DNA of 64,000 bases, taken from positions 1 to 64,000 of the forward strand of contig JYFJ02000077.1 in assembly GCA_000934665.2 (NCBI GenBank), written 5' to 3'. This document shows positions 26,355 through 40,549 of this stretch, piece after piece. Below the pieces are notes generated by a model. It was not told where the DNA came from. It was given only the letters and a program-made list of their open reading frames with translations, and did no database searches. Position 1 is the stretch's first letter, and each line of letters opens with the position of its first letter. Both the position numbers and the translations under genes were made by a program. Source of the DNA: Catajapyx aquilonaris (taxonomy: Eukaryota).

Positions 26355-29300
26355 ATATGTATTCTGGGTAATTAATTATTCTGTGAGCGGTATGAAAGGG
26401 GGCTCGAATGCCAGTAGGACAATAATTCCCACTAGTCATTTCCTCACTCCTTAGACTCTGTGATTATAGGGTTAATTTTGAAGAGCTCTTATTTTTCAAG
26501 GGTGAAGGAATTATTACCATACTGTCAAGTTCTTCCGTGGTACTCTCATAAACACAGATTGTGCTTCCAAATGCTGGTATTGTCAAGAGATGTTTTGACA
26601 ATCACTTTTGTGAACTCGAAAGCTGTGAATAGTAACTTATTACTGCCTGTGCTTCTCACTGTTAGCATATAGGACAGGACTACCTTAGACTGTGGACAAT
26701 AATAATGTTAACCTTAGGGAGGTAATGAGATAATATGCAGTGAGTCTGATAATCTTGCGGACAGTACATACTGTATTCAACATCATTCACCTAACACTGC
26801 TAACCAGGCAACCTCACGATTCACTAACTAAAATGAACAAGTAAAGCATTTGTGATGAAATTAAATAAAATGTGCCGTAAGATACTTGACCGCCATATGG
26901 CACAATGCTTCTCAATATCTCAATGGCATCTGGATCTGCAATGATTCTCACAGACAATAACATAAAATGAAAACCTGATTCATAATAATTTTTAAACAGG
27001 ATGCATGAAATATTTTTGAAATCACTGGTACAAGAAATAAATGAACATTTGAATAACTCATTGCAGTCTTTCAAAGGGACTTGCCATAATCTTGTCTTCC
27101 TCCATAGGTGATTACTGAATCGTTTTACTTCAATAATTGTCAATTTCAATATCCTCAGTAGAAAGCGTTAGTTCTAAACATCAACACTATGACATTATTT
27201 CAGATCTTTATGTCAGAGTAAAACCTATTCCTGTAAACTTGTGTAATGTGTGTCTGTGTCCACCTTCCCGTAAGGTATGCATATTTTTGCCAAATGCACG
27301 GAGGTTCAGTGATATTCCAGAGTAATATAGCGATAATGCTTATTAGATTAGGAAAAAGCATGGTTTTCCGAATCTACAACAGCTGGTGTCATCGTAGCTT
27401 GTAATTTAGGACTTGCCAAATGTGTGGTATTTTACCCATAGCATTTATTGATCTGTAACGCAGATTTTCCGACTATCAATTACAGTTGTGGATTGGATTT
27501 GGAATACCATGTTTGAGTAATTCTGTACATATACTCAATCAAATGAGAATATTCAAGGCTTGCCAAACATACCTTTTTATTTTTTGACTCGGTGCAAAAA
27601 TTACCTGTAACTATTAGGACAAATTAGAGAAGTCATATTTATATGATTCTCAATTTTTTATGATTCCTTTTACGTTTTAATTATATGGTATTATAACCAT
27701 AACAACTTCATACGCTTCATGGTTCAAAGCTCAACATATTGTTCTTTAACGGCGATGTAGGAATATAATGTACCTGTTCGTATAATGAAAGCGTCTTCCA
27801 ACATGATGTTGGATTATTGTCAGTTGATTAAGCTCATGTGATATTTAAAAAAATGAGAAGAATAAGTGTTGAGGTGCTATGATCATAGCCATTGCGAAAG
27901 TTATTCTTTACAATGTCTGTATCTGAGCGTTGTCATAGTGAAATAATCAGACAATAATCATAGCTGTCACACTGTACAATGTACTCGTGAATGTAGTTCA
28001 GTTGTAACTTGCTAAATGGTCTTAGGAACAATAAATCATCATTATCCCCTCTTTTACATTGGCGTTGCCTACTCATTATTCTTCATGAGATGTGATACTT
28101 GTCAACATAAAATGTTCTTCTTTCCAATAAATGCTTCCAAACAAATCCTGTATCCACAGATTTACTATAAATATTTGTATGTGCTTGCTTTCTAACACCG
28201 ACAAAAAAAAACGCGAGAAATTGGTTAAAAGTAAGGCATTGACTGCGAATATAGGACAGGATAGACTCATTTATTCAGGTTTGGAGGCCTTCGGAGAGCT
28301 TATCTGGAAAACTACTTTGCCTAATGTGGTCGACTTAAATTTTGTGCTGCTGCTGATATTTCAGGCACTGTAGCACACCGGGCACTTCGCTGCTACCCGG
28401 TCCCAAAAATAAATACATGCAGAAAGTAGATCACATTGCGACAAAAGACAATCGGTGCTTGACTCATACGAGGCTTGCGTGACAGGTGGTAGCACTCACA
28501 GGATACACGAAATTCGCGTATTCGAGTGTACTGTACTGTGCAGTATAATTCTGCGATGCAATGTGATGGGTAAATTTTTACACATTAATAGATAGTTGAA
28601 GACCTTTAAATCTGGAACCTCCCAACATTGGACTATAGAGTCACGTATCGCCGGCCCAAAGAAGAGTTCCTTGCAGCAGACTATTCCACCGATTAGGATC
28701 ATGCGACAATAAGGGATGCCAATGTTACCTGCCAAGGTCAAGGCCTTCAACTACACCATGAAGGGATGATTGAGTGATATGTCTTCTCAAAGACATCTCG
28801 ATAGTTTAGGGCCTTTAGGCTATGCATTTCTTACCAACTACAAGGCCCCTCAAAAATGCAGGGTTATTATAAAAGAAATAGACAGTTTCAACGGTTGACA
28901 GAAACCAAAGTATTATTGATAGAGACAAAATACTTACACCATTTATTAGCATAAGTCTTGAAGTTTTTATGACTAAGTTACTTTATGTTCCATGTGAGCT
29001 TTTTGTCACACAACAGATATCAATGTGATAATGCAATTTATCCCACACACGTTGAAGCATGTCCTCACCAACACTCGTAACAACTGTGGTGATGTATTGT
29101 TTTCGATTGTTTTTTATCGTTTACACTTACAGGAGGTGGAGGAACATAAAATTTGTCTTTGATATATCCCCACAAGGAAAAATCACAAGTAGTTGGACCT
29201 AGTTAGATTCAGACTTGTTGGTGGCCAACGTGTCAGTGTCTGTTGAGCTGCCAATCCAAAGTCAAGGAAATTTTGATCCATGTAATTTCGAACCTCCATG

Positions 29301-29847
29301 TATATACCAGTGAGCTCCATTTGGGATGAAAGTGACGTATTCACTGTGTTTTTGGAGCTGAGGCACAGCTGGATAAAAATCTGCCTCGACGTTGAATTTT
29401 TGTATTATAATACCATCACGTGACAAAAGGTTCACACATGGAACATTTGCAACTGAGTCATAAAACCTTAAAGACATAATTATACGCTAAAAAACTATAA
29501 AATATTTTGACTCCATCAATAATACTTTGGCTTCTATAAAGCATGCTATAAAGCATTGAAAGTGTCCATTTCTTTTATAATAACCCTGTATAACAGGTGT
29601 TTTGCAGGCAGCATACAGCTGAAAAAGTTATTGCTATAAGTTAGCATAATAATTAGGCTGCGGACCTTAAAGGGGGCCATGCAATTACTCTAATGCTCTC
29701 TGCTAATCTTTGCTCTCTAATGCTCATCATCTAAACCATTCAGGAAAGTTTGCTGCCGATGTCAGCATGGACACGCGATTAAATAACTAGACCTATTTGT
29801 TGCAATAAATAACTTAATGTGCTAATTATAATATCGGAATCTATATA

Positions 29848-30323
29848 CCGCATTTACTCGCATATAAGACGCACACGCGTATAAGACGCACCCCGGTTTT
29901 GAGGCGAAAAATCGTGGAAAATCGGTTGTTGACTCATATAAGACGCACCCAGATTTATTGCCGTAGTTTGGGAACTGGCCTCGAGCTGCCGGCAGCAACC
30001 TCGTGTGCAATGCATGTGCAATGCATGTGCGTGTGGAATCCATTAGAATCCAGTAAAAAGGGGGAGCAAGTGGAAAATGGGACAATGCTACGCATCTGAA
30101 ACGTATAGGTGGCAAGGTCACACCGGAATTGTGCACGTGTGTGGACGGCCGAGGAGAGCGACGATGACTGATTCGAATGTGCGATGTTTTTAAATTTTTC
30201 AATAAACGATTTTCACGATTTCTCACGGGTTTCACCCGTTGTGCCCTGCCGTATAAGACGCACCCTACTTTTTGAGCTACAAAAATCGGAAAAAAAGTGC
30301 GTCTTATATGCGAGTAAATACGG
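29848..30323. mobile_element. Tc2/pogo-like (Tc1-mariner superfamily) non-autonomous element
   Basis: TA|CCGCATTTACTCGCATATAAGACGCAC...GTGCGTCTTATATGCGAGTAAATACGG|TA gives 27-bp TIRs with one mismatch and a TA TSD. Internal repeats of TATAAGACGCAC are present and there is no transposase. Confidence 0.88.
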
Positions 30324-31943
30324 TACGTATTTCGAGAGCTATAAGCTCGCCAATGTGAAAGTGAGAGTGTGCACACCGAAAGATATATGGCACATGACAG
30401 AACTTCCGGGTTTAGTCGCCGGATGTGTGGTTGCTGATAATGACCTCATTTTGCACAACTCATAAAATAAAATAGAATAGGCCGGAGTTTCAGTAATATT
30501 CTGACAAGACACTACTTGTAAGGTAAGGTAATCAGCAGTTATTGAATATAACTTCCGCACTTTGTGTCTGTGGACTCTTCAATGCATAATTTTTCCAGTA
30601 TTCACATTTAGCCTACATCGACGTTAGACAATATTAACACCTCACTGAAAAATTTACTTCGCTATTGAAGAAAACTGAGGTTTCGTGATAGTTATCGGCA
30701 GAGTATGTGTAGCACGTGCATGTGGTATCAGTGGAAAACTTCACGTACCGCACAGCATTTCGGAAATGAGCATATTATGGAACAACAAGTTTGTTATTTC
30801 CCGCACTGCCTTTTTGTCATTCGTGACGTTAAAGTAGCAGCTGGGATTCAAAGCCCATTGTGGTCACTCCACACATAACTCCCCATTTCACGACACATCT
30901 TTTCCTTATCAGAAAATCCGCCCCGTCCAAACTATCATTGCATTTGATAGTTCCAGTCTTCATCATGACATTGAAAGGTGAGTGCTTTGTTGTCGAATCT
31001 GCCAGTTCTGCGCGCAATTGTCTGCTTATAAAGCCTATAAGTGTGCAAAAAATATCGCTTACATTTTACTTTGAATATTTGGTTGCTCATAATGCACTTG
31101 AGTTCTCGATAAGAGTGTTATCTTACATGTGAAAATCGTGATAAGTGCGAATTCCTGGATTAGGTACCGGTATGTCATAATGCACGTGGGTTTTTCCCTT
31201 ATTAATCACTGCTTCGGTGCTGCAGTTACACGTGTAATATATGCTTGATGTACTGGATCGACAGAAAAGTGCATCTGATATTAACAACCTTCAAGGACGT
31301 TAATGAGCTGATAGATGTTATGAGGCTGAATCAGTGCTCGTGGAATTGACTGAGAGAACAACCTTGACATCTGGGAAAAATCTTGACTAGCTACTAAATT
31401 AGTGTTGCATGGAACGAGCCGAGCTTTTATAGTTTTTTTTTCCGGATTCCAACCTGTTACGTATTCCAAACGACATGGTTACATCTTTGTCGTAGTTATG
31501 TAGTCCTGTCACCGTGACTGTATTTCTTCTGTGCAAAGGCGATGCTGCGAGTAATTATTTAGAAAATACGTATTGTGTTTCGAATTAATCCTTTCAACAG
31601 TTAGTACAATTATATTGCCAGAAGAAACCATATTTTCGAAATCTCCAGATTCTGCAACGCAATAAATTGCCATCTGGTTCTCGAGTTCAAGGCTAGCTGC
31701 ATTTATAACCTCAATGAGTGTGCCCAAAAATTATACTTGAGCCTAATGGAACTTTCCAGTTATGGATTGCAACGCTCCAATTCACCTCTACCATTATACG
31801 TTACATATAGTTCAATAACATGTATAGCCGCATATTCGCACATGTAGTCTAGGCACTCCTAAAATTGCGTGCAGCTTCTGACAAACAGGCTGTACTGTAT
31901 GATTATACAGTTACGTTAGCCTAGTAAGGTAACTCACTGCAAA

Positions 31944-34618
31944 ATGTCCACTGCTCTGCACAATGGTATGGCAATGAATAGCAATGAGAAATCTGCACAA
32001 AACGACATCAACATCGTGTAATGACCTGTACGCTACATTTATGATCATATTCCAGGTGGCTCATTAGCTGAAGCAAATGGAGCCAAGGCGGTTTCAAACT
32101 CTCAAGCGTGCTCTCAAGTCTCAATCAATTCCTGCAGTGCCCAGGATGCGACTGAATTCAAGGTGTACAAAAGGAGGTGGGTTATGTTGGCCCTGTTTTG
32201 CATGACATCAGTGGCGAATGCCTTTCATTGGGTACAATATGCCATCATCGTGGGAGTCATTACAAAGTATTATAACGTGTCACCTTTCACTGTCGATTGG
32301 CTCTCCATGATTTACATGCTGACATACATTGTCTTCCTCATCCCAGGAGAAATGCTGCAGAAAAAGGTGCGAAAGCGTAATTTTTTAAAGCTGACTTTTT
32401 GACATTCGAATTTTTAAATTTCAGGGATTGAGACTGATTGTACTTTTGGCCAGTATTGGAACCACTCTAGGCGCATGGATCAAAGTGGGTTCGTTGGCGA
32501 CGGACCGGTTTTATGTCACGTTCATTGGACAGTCAGTGATTGCTGTGTCGCAGATATTCATTTTGGGGATTCCTCCGCGACTGGCAGCAGTGTGGTTTGG
32601 TCCTGATCAAATCTCAACAGCGTGTTCAATCGGTGTTTTTGGAAATCAGGTAAAAAAATTACACACACTGATTGCATTATCGGCTATTGTGATATGAGCA
32701 CCAATTTCAAACATTTAAATAAATTATGCTTAAGTATTAGTTCGTATACGGTGGACCAAGTAAGGAATACGTAATATATAACGAGTTACGCTTTTAACCC
32801 CAAACACCTAATGTTTTCAAAACATTTTTTTACCCGTGGCGATTTCCATGAAGAAGTAAGTGCTCAAGGACTGCGGCCGTCCACTTGTTTGTCATATGAT
32901 AAAATTATCGGTGCGTAATGATGTCATTCACGGTCACCCACCTCCTATGTAGCATTTGAATCCGTCACAGACATGACCATGGATATGCCAGTAAACATTG
33001 TGCTTAGAATAGGACCCTGACCAGCCAGTGCAATGATAAAAACTTGAAATAATTACCAGTGTGCAAAAAAGTGCCAATGTTTAGTAAGGAGTGCTCACGT
33101 CCTATGCAACGTATTACAGGAAGTACAGTATGTAGGCTTTCCTCATTTATTAAAAATTTTCAATCTGCAAAAGGTATACTCAAACAGCTCTAAAATCATT
33201 GTCTTTTTTACAGTTTGGAATCGCAGCAGGATTCCTGATCCCACCTTTGATAGTGGCAGACGACACCAGCACACCTGATATTGAAAACGGGCTGTCCATT
33301 ATGTTTTATTCCGTTGCTGGTTTCAACACTTTCCTGTCACTGCTGGTGATATGTTTCTTCCGAAATGAACCACCGACGCCTCCAAGTCCAGCCAGAGCTG
33401 CGGCCATTGAAGAAAATGTTCCTATCAAGCAGTCTCTCCTTAACCTCGCCACAAACAGATCCTATGTCATTTTACTCATCACCTATGGCCTCAACGTGGG
33501 CGTCTTTTATGCTGTGTCAACTCTTCTGAGTCAGCTTGTCCATCCACACTTTCCAGTAGGTTAAGTTCGTAATGTTGCAGTGTGCTAATCACAGCTTTAC
33601 TCAACTCGCGATCCACCATTGATTCAAGAGGTATTAATCACAGTCACAAAAATTATTGCTGGTCGATAAAAAATAATGTTATCATTCCAATATGAACAAA
33701 TGGTATGATACAATATTACCGGCAGATAGACCAGTGATTGGAAAAAGTTGAGAATAGTTGCTTTGCTTCATATGTCTAACACTTTGTTATTCAATTTTTC
33801 CAGCACAATGACAAAGATATTGGAGTTATCGGCTTGTGTATAGTTTTATGTGGAATGGTCGGATCAGTAGTGTGTGGTGTTTGGCTAGACAAGACACGCA
33901 AATATAGGTAAGTGGGAGTCAAAATTATGTCTCTTTGAAATAGATAATACTTTACACAATACAGAAAATTCACATCACACCTCTACGGATTCACTGTGTA
34001 GCATACAGTACATTATTTATGAAACACATGCAGCACAGATTTGCTTATTTAGCTAATGGAATGCTAATTCCAGCAATGTTGTGGTAAACCAATTTAAATA
34101 ATGAATCATATTAATATTACAGGCAAACCATTTTGGCTGTGTACATATTGTCATTCCTGGGAATGATTGCATTCGCTTTAACTCTCCTAGTTCCGCACAT
34201 TGCCGTGGTGTACGTAACAGCCTCTCTATTAGGGTAAGTTTGTCTTCATTTCTTGACATAACTTTCCAATCCTACGTACAATTTCTCTCATACAATTACG
34301 GTAACAATTTCCAGATTTTTCATGACTGGTTACCTTCCGCTGGGCTTTGAATTTGCCTCGGAAATAACCTACCCGGAACCTGAAAGCACATCGTCTGGAC
34401 TTCTCAACGTGTCAGCGAACCTGTTCGGCATAATATTTACCACCGCCGGAGGTCAAATTCTGGAACACTTTGGTGACCTGGCAACCAACATGGCTTTGTC
34501 TGGCTCCCTGTTTGTGGGATCTGTCTTGACAGCCTTTATCAAAGGTGACCTGAGGAGACAAGAGGCGCAGAGAGGTGTCACTAATGCACCTTCAGTTCAA
34601 GTTCTGGCTACTCCTTAG
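31944..34618 (+). CDS. FLVCR: FLVCR-family transporter, paralog B. Exons 31944-31965 (tentative), 32056-32366, 32425-32649, 33214-33555, 33804-33907, 34123-34233, 34315-34618
   Basis: [50 protein letters not shown] and [29 protein letters not shown], with an intact spliced frame. Confidence 0.9.
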
Positions 34619-36387
34619 TGCAGTTGTCTTTTATTACCAATTATGATCATTTTATCATCGAAATTGTCTTAACCACGCCCCATATGTATTTAATAGTTCC
34701 TGTAAAAATATTCTGAGAATTAGTTTGTGATATAAAGCTATGTAAGATATCTAGCAGTAACTATGACAGCTACCTTTTTGGTATAACATTTGTGAAGTGA
34801 AAGAGTTTTGTACTGCATGTTACTATGAGATTGTACAGGGTGTACATGAAGAACGCGACGAGATTTAAATATCATTTTGCGGAGATTTATTGCTAGGCCA
34901 AAATTTAAGCAATATGTCTCACATTCATTTAAGTCAAGTAAAATATTTTGTGATTTTGAACCTCGTCCAGGCTTCCACAATGTAAAAAAAAAGCATGTAC
35001 TGTACACTGACTAAGCAAACATTCAAATCTATTCGCGTTTCTTTATGGGCACTCTATTTTTTGTGCAGAAGTTACGTGGTTGTTAAATTGTGTATACACT
35101 TAAACAATACAGGTATCTCATAATGAGAAGTTATAGGTCTAATGATATAATATTTATAATTATTTTATTGGCAATATTGGCCTGTTTCAAAGTTTTTATT
35201 CTAAGATCATTAAAACCACAATAGTCCACAATGTCGAATTCGTTACCAAATTACAATAAGTATTCAAATATTCACTGCCCCGAATAATTATTTCAAAGGT
35301 CAATTGTGCACTGAGAACATTTTGTAATATTTTCATAATACTGTAGGCATTGTGCATGGATAGGCTCTGTCAGCTTCCCCAGGTCAAGAAGTTCAGTTAG
35401 CCTATTACACTGATCACTTCAGCAGTTACAGTACATGTATCCTACTAAAAGAACGGCAATAATAATTACAAGTGAATGATATTCTGATTGTTGTTTCCAA
35501 CGGGTTTTTATTCTCTTTCAAACTGATTGCTGGGTAAAACAATCAGTAACCTTTACCATATAGGCCTACTCATCTCTTGAACTGTGAACTTGGGCAATGA
35601 ACCACTATGTGTGGCACGTCGATATTGATATTAGAATCTACAGTTCGTCTGTAGTTATCGCTATTGGCAAGCTTCCTTTTGATATCCAATATGATGAATG
35701 ATCCCTGTGGAAATGTTATTGACCTCGATTGGCTGGGATTAGCCAGCCCTGTCTGTGCAGGCTTTTAGATTCACATCACAAGAAGACGTGCATACGTAAT
35801 ATCTCTCGAAAGTGAGTAGCAAGCACGTAATACCTTCGACCTCAAATATTGGTAGCCTGTGGATTTAAAATACGCCATTCTTTTGCCCTGAAGGAAGGTG
35901 GCATGTGTAATACGGGAAGGGAATGATTTATTCTGCATGTACTCCTGCTCCGAAAGCATGAAGCACAGCAGGACCACAGCGACACTTGTGACGACTACCA
36001 AAACAGCACAAAACTTTTTGTCAAGTGCATTAAGCGTTATACTCGTATTAATGACGACAAATTGCTCACGGTCAGTGTCTCTTTAATTGGCTCGATACAA
36101 CCCTTTATTGTTTTGTACGACGCTTGCTGCGATTAACCACTCTACAATTTGAATAACGCAATAAGCGTTTAGGTATATATGTTATCACGTGATCTGTATT
36201 ACCTGATAATTGATTGCCGATACTGAGATTGTGTTTTACCAATATCAGCTAAGATTGTTTTCATGGATGACCTGTCCCCTCATGAGAGGAGAGTTCTCAA
36301 GTCTTGGGACGTGCCATATCATCACCAGTTCACCGTTATAAGTGACTTAAATAACCGCAAATCTCACATTGCCTTGGAGTATTCAAG

Positions 36388-36988
36388 ATGACTGTGAAAG
36401 GTAGGCCAATTTATAACCCCTGTGACCCTTGGTAATGCGAAATCTCGTGCAAGTATTTTTCTGTCACATTTAGGGTGTCGTATTTAACAGCATACAATGT
36501 TACCCATCTCAACCAGTCAAGATTTTCGACGTTTCTGTCATTAGAATTATGCCGTGTCGGTAATTATTCTAATTAAGCAAGCATTTCGTAGGGCAGTAGG
36601 AAACAATGAATGTCCATATATAAACTCGCATGTGAATAAGGTGCACTATAATAATTATGCGGGGAGGAGGAGTGGTGCTGCGGTAACGTATGCGCCCACG
36701 GATGTTAAGGTCCCGGGTTCGACCCCAACCCAGGGACACCCCCTTCATCTCGTGCAGAGTTCAGGGTCACATCTGGCTTCGTCTCGGGTGGTATTTCCTA
36801 CAGACTAAACCACCCGGGGGAGTTCACTAAAAATGGCCACGTTTAAGACATTGCACTGCACCTTGCACATCCCCTCCTGTAATCCTGCCCGTGGGCCCGG
36901 GCGCTTCAATAATTAGGTTCCAAATATGTACATCGTACAAATAAAGGTCCGTGCTACATGCCGAGAAGGCCAAGCACTACCCGGATAT

Positions 36989-37063
<75 letters not shown>

Positions 37064-40000
37064 TTGATGTGATATGCTGTAAGTAAGTACGAAGCATATT
37101 TTCGGTATCAGTAATATTTCACAATAAATTATTATGCAAAGATAAGGTAATACAGTATAGTAAAACTGGAAAATAACTATAATGCAATTGATACCGGTAC
37201 ATTAATTATTACAATAAACGAAGTAGGTATTTAGGTATTTTAAAGGGCGACACGGTGGCCGAGTGGTTAGCGCCGCAGCCTTCCACCTCTAAGGTCCCGA
37301 GTTCGATCCCCGGGTCGGACGGAGGATACTTATGTGGATAGAGTTTCGATGGGTTCTCTCCGTGTTCGCGTGGGTTTTCTCGGGGTTCTCCCGTTTCCTC
37401 CCACTATCAAAATCCATCACATTACAGGCAAATGATTAAAGTCGGGTATTCAAAAGATGATCCCCTAAGAGGCCCAAGGGGCATATCACGGGGTATCCAT
37501 TATTAATGTATTTAGGTATTTTACGTATGTTGTATGTTGTTTATGAGGCATTTTTTTCATTATTTTGCGACAGTAGACAATAACTTACCTGTTCACAGGG
37601 GACCACTGCATGACAACTAACAAGAACCACCACCAGCAGCAGATAAAAAGAGCTCACAACTTCTACGAGCGACTTTAGTCTAATTTCGTAATTATGAATA
37701 TGTGCTTCTTAATTATGCCGCTACACAGGTTCGCGTATTAATAAATAACAGTCTACACCGGACCTCCCCTTTCGACCAATGCATACTATACCGACAGGCA
37801 GCTAAATTAGTAACGTTTTGGAGTTGACAGTACACTTATCCAAGGATTTAACAAGGTGATAGCATGAAAACTACTCTACCTATCACAGAAGTGCGCTTAG
37901 CAATGTAAACGGAATCACGTGTTAAAGTCACGAATAAACAAGATTGTTGTACTTCAATATCGGTGTAATCGCGAGCAATATCAAGTAAGTGTTGCAGAAG
38001 CTGACAGAGAAATAAGGGGAATGGAGGTAAAAAGAGGCAGAGGAAATATGCGAAAGTGCACAGACAAAAATGGAAAGGAAGAGAATGTAGGAATATTTGA
38101 ATGGGACTCTGCAGCAGGTCTGTATCAGAAAAGTAATTATCCTCCTGAGACCCCTGGTACAGTATACTGTACCTTTGTTTTTTCCAGCGCCTTCTGACTA
38201 ACTCAAACGCGTAAAAAAACAAAAACAAAGGTACAGTATACTGTACTCCGGGTCTCAGGAGGTTATAGAACTTTACAGACATAAGGCATTCCACGATTTC
38301 CATGCATTAATCGGTTGATGCAGGCGTGACAGAAAAATACTAAAAGTAATTACTGCAGTGAAAGTATCTGAATTGGTGTCTCTATGCCACATACACTCAC
38401 CAAAGTTTCTCAATATTTCAGAAGTCACAGATGTCACCAGCATCAGTTCCACGACACCTTCCCCCAATTTGTCCATTGATTCTGATAGCCATGAAAGTCC
38501 AGTGGAATACAAAGTGTACAAGAGGCGATGGTTAATGCTTTTCTTATTTTCGGTTACGTCTGGAGCTAATGCATTTCCAGGGATAGCATTCTCAATTGTT
38601 GTTGACACTGTCACAGAGTTTTACGATGTCTCACATTTGTCCGTGGACTGGCTCTCAATGATTTACATGCTGGTATACATACTGTTCCTAGTTCCTGGAG
38701 AACTGCTTCAGAAAAAGGTATGTTGGCATCGTGGTTCATCACATTATAACAGAAGCAAATTTCGAATTTTACTCTATACATCCTATTCTTGCCAAACGGG
38801 TCTTAGAAGCGTGTATATACCGCATGATAATGTGCTCTTTTATTCTAGGGACTCAGGCTTATTGTGCTTTTAGCAAGTTTAGGCACAACTGCAGGTGCAT
38901 GGATCAGAATTGGTTCGTTGGCACCTAACAGGTTTTATGTCAACTTTATTGGCCAGAGCTTCATTGCTCTGTCACAAATATTTGTTTTGGCCATACCCCC
39001 TCGCCTGGCTGCCGTTTGGTTTGGCCCAAAGCAAGTGTCTACAGCTTGTTCAATAGGTGTCTTCGGTAACCAGGTAGACTCTGAGACATTTTTTTATTGC
39101 TGCAGATTGTGGAACTTTCTCCTCACTCGAGGTAATTGTTTTTCTAGCTTGGAGTGGCCGTTGCATTCCTGATTCCGCCTCTGATAGTGCCAAGCGACAC
39201 CCCACCATCCGAGGTTCAAACTAAGCTGTCTATTCTCCTATATTCATTCGCCGTATTCAATACCATACTCTCTCTTCTGGTGATATTTTGTTTCCAAAAT
39301 GAGCCACCCACACCCCCGAGCCAGGCCAGGGCTGCAGCCATGGAAGAAGATGCCATTTCACTCAAGCAATCAATCATTAACTTATTCAAAAACCGCTCTT
39401 ATGTTCTTTTATTTTTCACGTACGGAGTGAACGCAGGAATTTTCTACTCAATTTCGACTCTTCTGGGACAGCTCATTCTTCCTCATTTTCCGGTAAGATG
39501 TGACTTATGCAACTACCACTAACGTCCGAACCATCAGAGGCTTCAGATATAGTAGACTACTTGTAGTTACTCTAAACTTATTGTTAGTAATGATGGATTC
39601 TGACTTATTCTGGTTTTGTGGAATTAATACATAAATTAAATTAATACCGATTATAATAGTTCTGCTAACGGTGGACCATTAGTTCATTTCATAAAGGAGG
39701 TAAATTTATTGTTACAGCATAATGATCGTGACGCAGGTATAATAGGACTTCTCATGGTTTTATTCGGAATGGCTGGTTCGGTCCTCTGTGGTATTTGGCT
39801 CGATAGGACCCGTAAATACAAGTAAGTACACAATATTTATAATGGTAAAGTCGGTCAATTTTTCTCAATGTCAATTTCGAGTCACGGGAGACATAATATA
39901 TGAGACGGCAGGTGGCCCTTGCATGTTACACACTGTAATGCAGCCAATTTTTTTGATGAAAATCTGCTTGAGTGCTGGCGCCACCTAGTACCGCCGAGTT

Positions 40001-40549
40001 TATTTGGTGTTTAAAGTAATTCGAGAATCAACATTTACTTTTCAGGTTAACCATGCTGATCGTTTACATATTTTCATTTCTGGGTATGATTGCTTTTGCA
40101 CTCACACTATTTATTCCGCACATTTCTGTGGTTTACGTAACGGCCTGCATACTTGGGTACGTGCTAAAGTACTAGTATACACCACATTTTGCCGGTGACG
40201 CCCACACATTAAAGGCAGCTAATGTATATTTCTTGTTTGCAGATTTTTTATGACTGGTTACTTTCCACTGGCTATGGAACTCGCCTCCGAAATCACGTAC
40301 CCTGAACCAGAGAGCACGTCCTCTGGACTTCTAAACGTGTGCTCCAACTTCTGCGGAATTGTATTTACCTTTATTGCTAGTCAACTGCTAGCGCACTTGC
40401 CCAAGCACACCGGAGACCTCGCTGTCAACATGTCCTTTGCTGGTGCGCTCTTCCTGGGAGTTGTTCTGAGTGCCTTCATTAAGAGTGATCTGAAAAGACA
40501 AAATATGGAGGAATGTAGTCCTAATCAGCCCAAATCTATTCAAAATTAA
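36388..40549 (+). CDS. FLVCR: FLVCR-family transporter, paralog C. Exons 36388-36400 (tentative), 38422-38717, 38849-39073, 39148-39492, 39718-39821, 40046-40156, 40243-40549
   Basis: [44 protein letters not shown] and [22 protein letters not shown]. The first exon ATG ACT GTG AAA G|GTAGGC is phase-compatible with the acceptor at 38421 and conserved in D. An alternative start exon is 38048-38132. Confidence 0.88.
36660..37063 (+). mobile_element. tRNA-derived SINE with (TAA)n/(TTA)n tail
   Basis: A-box-like TGGTGCTGCGG and B-box GGTTCGACCCC, followed by a simple-repeat tail. It is absent from the duplicate unit, which reads ATAATTATG|TTGATGTGATATG at ~42532-42553. Confidence 0.8.
37243..37507 (+). 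mobile_element. tRNA-derived SINE with V-domain-like core and 16-bp TSD
   Basis: A box TGGCCGAGTGG, B box GAGTTCGATCC and core GTTCTCTCCGTGTTCGCGTGGGTTTTCTCGGGGTTCTCCCGTTTCCTCCCAC. The TSD GTATTTAGGTATTTTA lies at 37227-37242 and 37508-37523, and the empty site is in the duplicate at ~42700. Confidence 0.9.
38141..38262. mobile_element. 122-bp MITE, piggyBac-like ends with TTAT TSD
   Basis: TTAT|CCTCCTGAGACCC..GTACAGTATACTGTACCTTTGTTTTT...AAAAACAAAGGTACAGTATACTGTAC..GGGTCTCAGGAGG|TTAT. Absent at the equivalent position of the duplicate (~43035). Confidence 0.8.

Noticed and set aside
29822..30376. 184-aa ORF as a possible transposase
   Set aside because: It runs through TIRs and internal repeats of the MITE and shows no DDE/DDD or HTH features.
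37245..37320. Possible tRNA gene (also at ~36665-36735)
   Set aside because: The A/B boxes are followed by a SINE body and tail, the 37245 copy has a TSD, and both are absent from the duplicate unit, so these are SINE heads.
38048..38132. Alternative first coding exon of C (and 42944-43028 in D)
   Set aside because: It is phase-compatible but has a weak donor (AAA|GTAAT). The 13-bp exon with AAG|GTA was preferred, although this cannot be excluded without RNA data.
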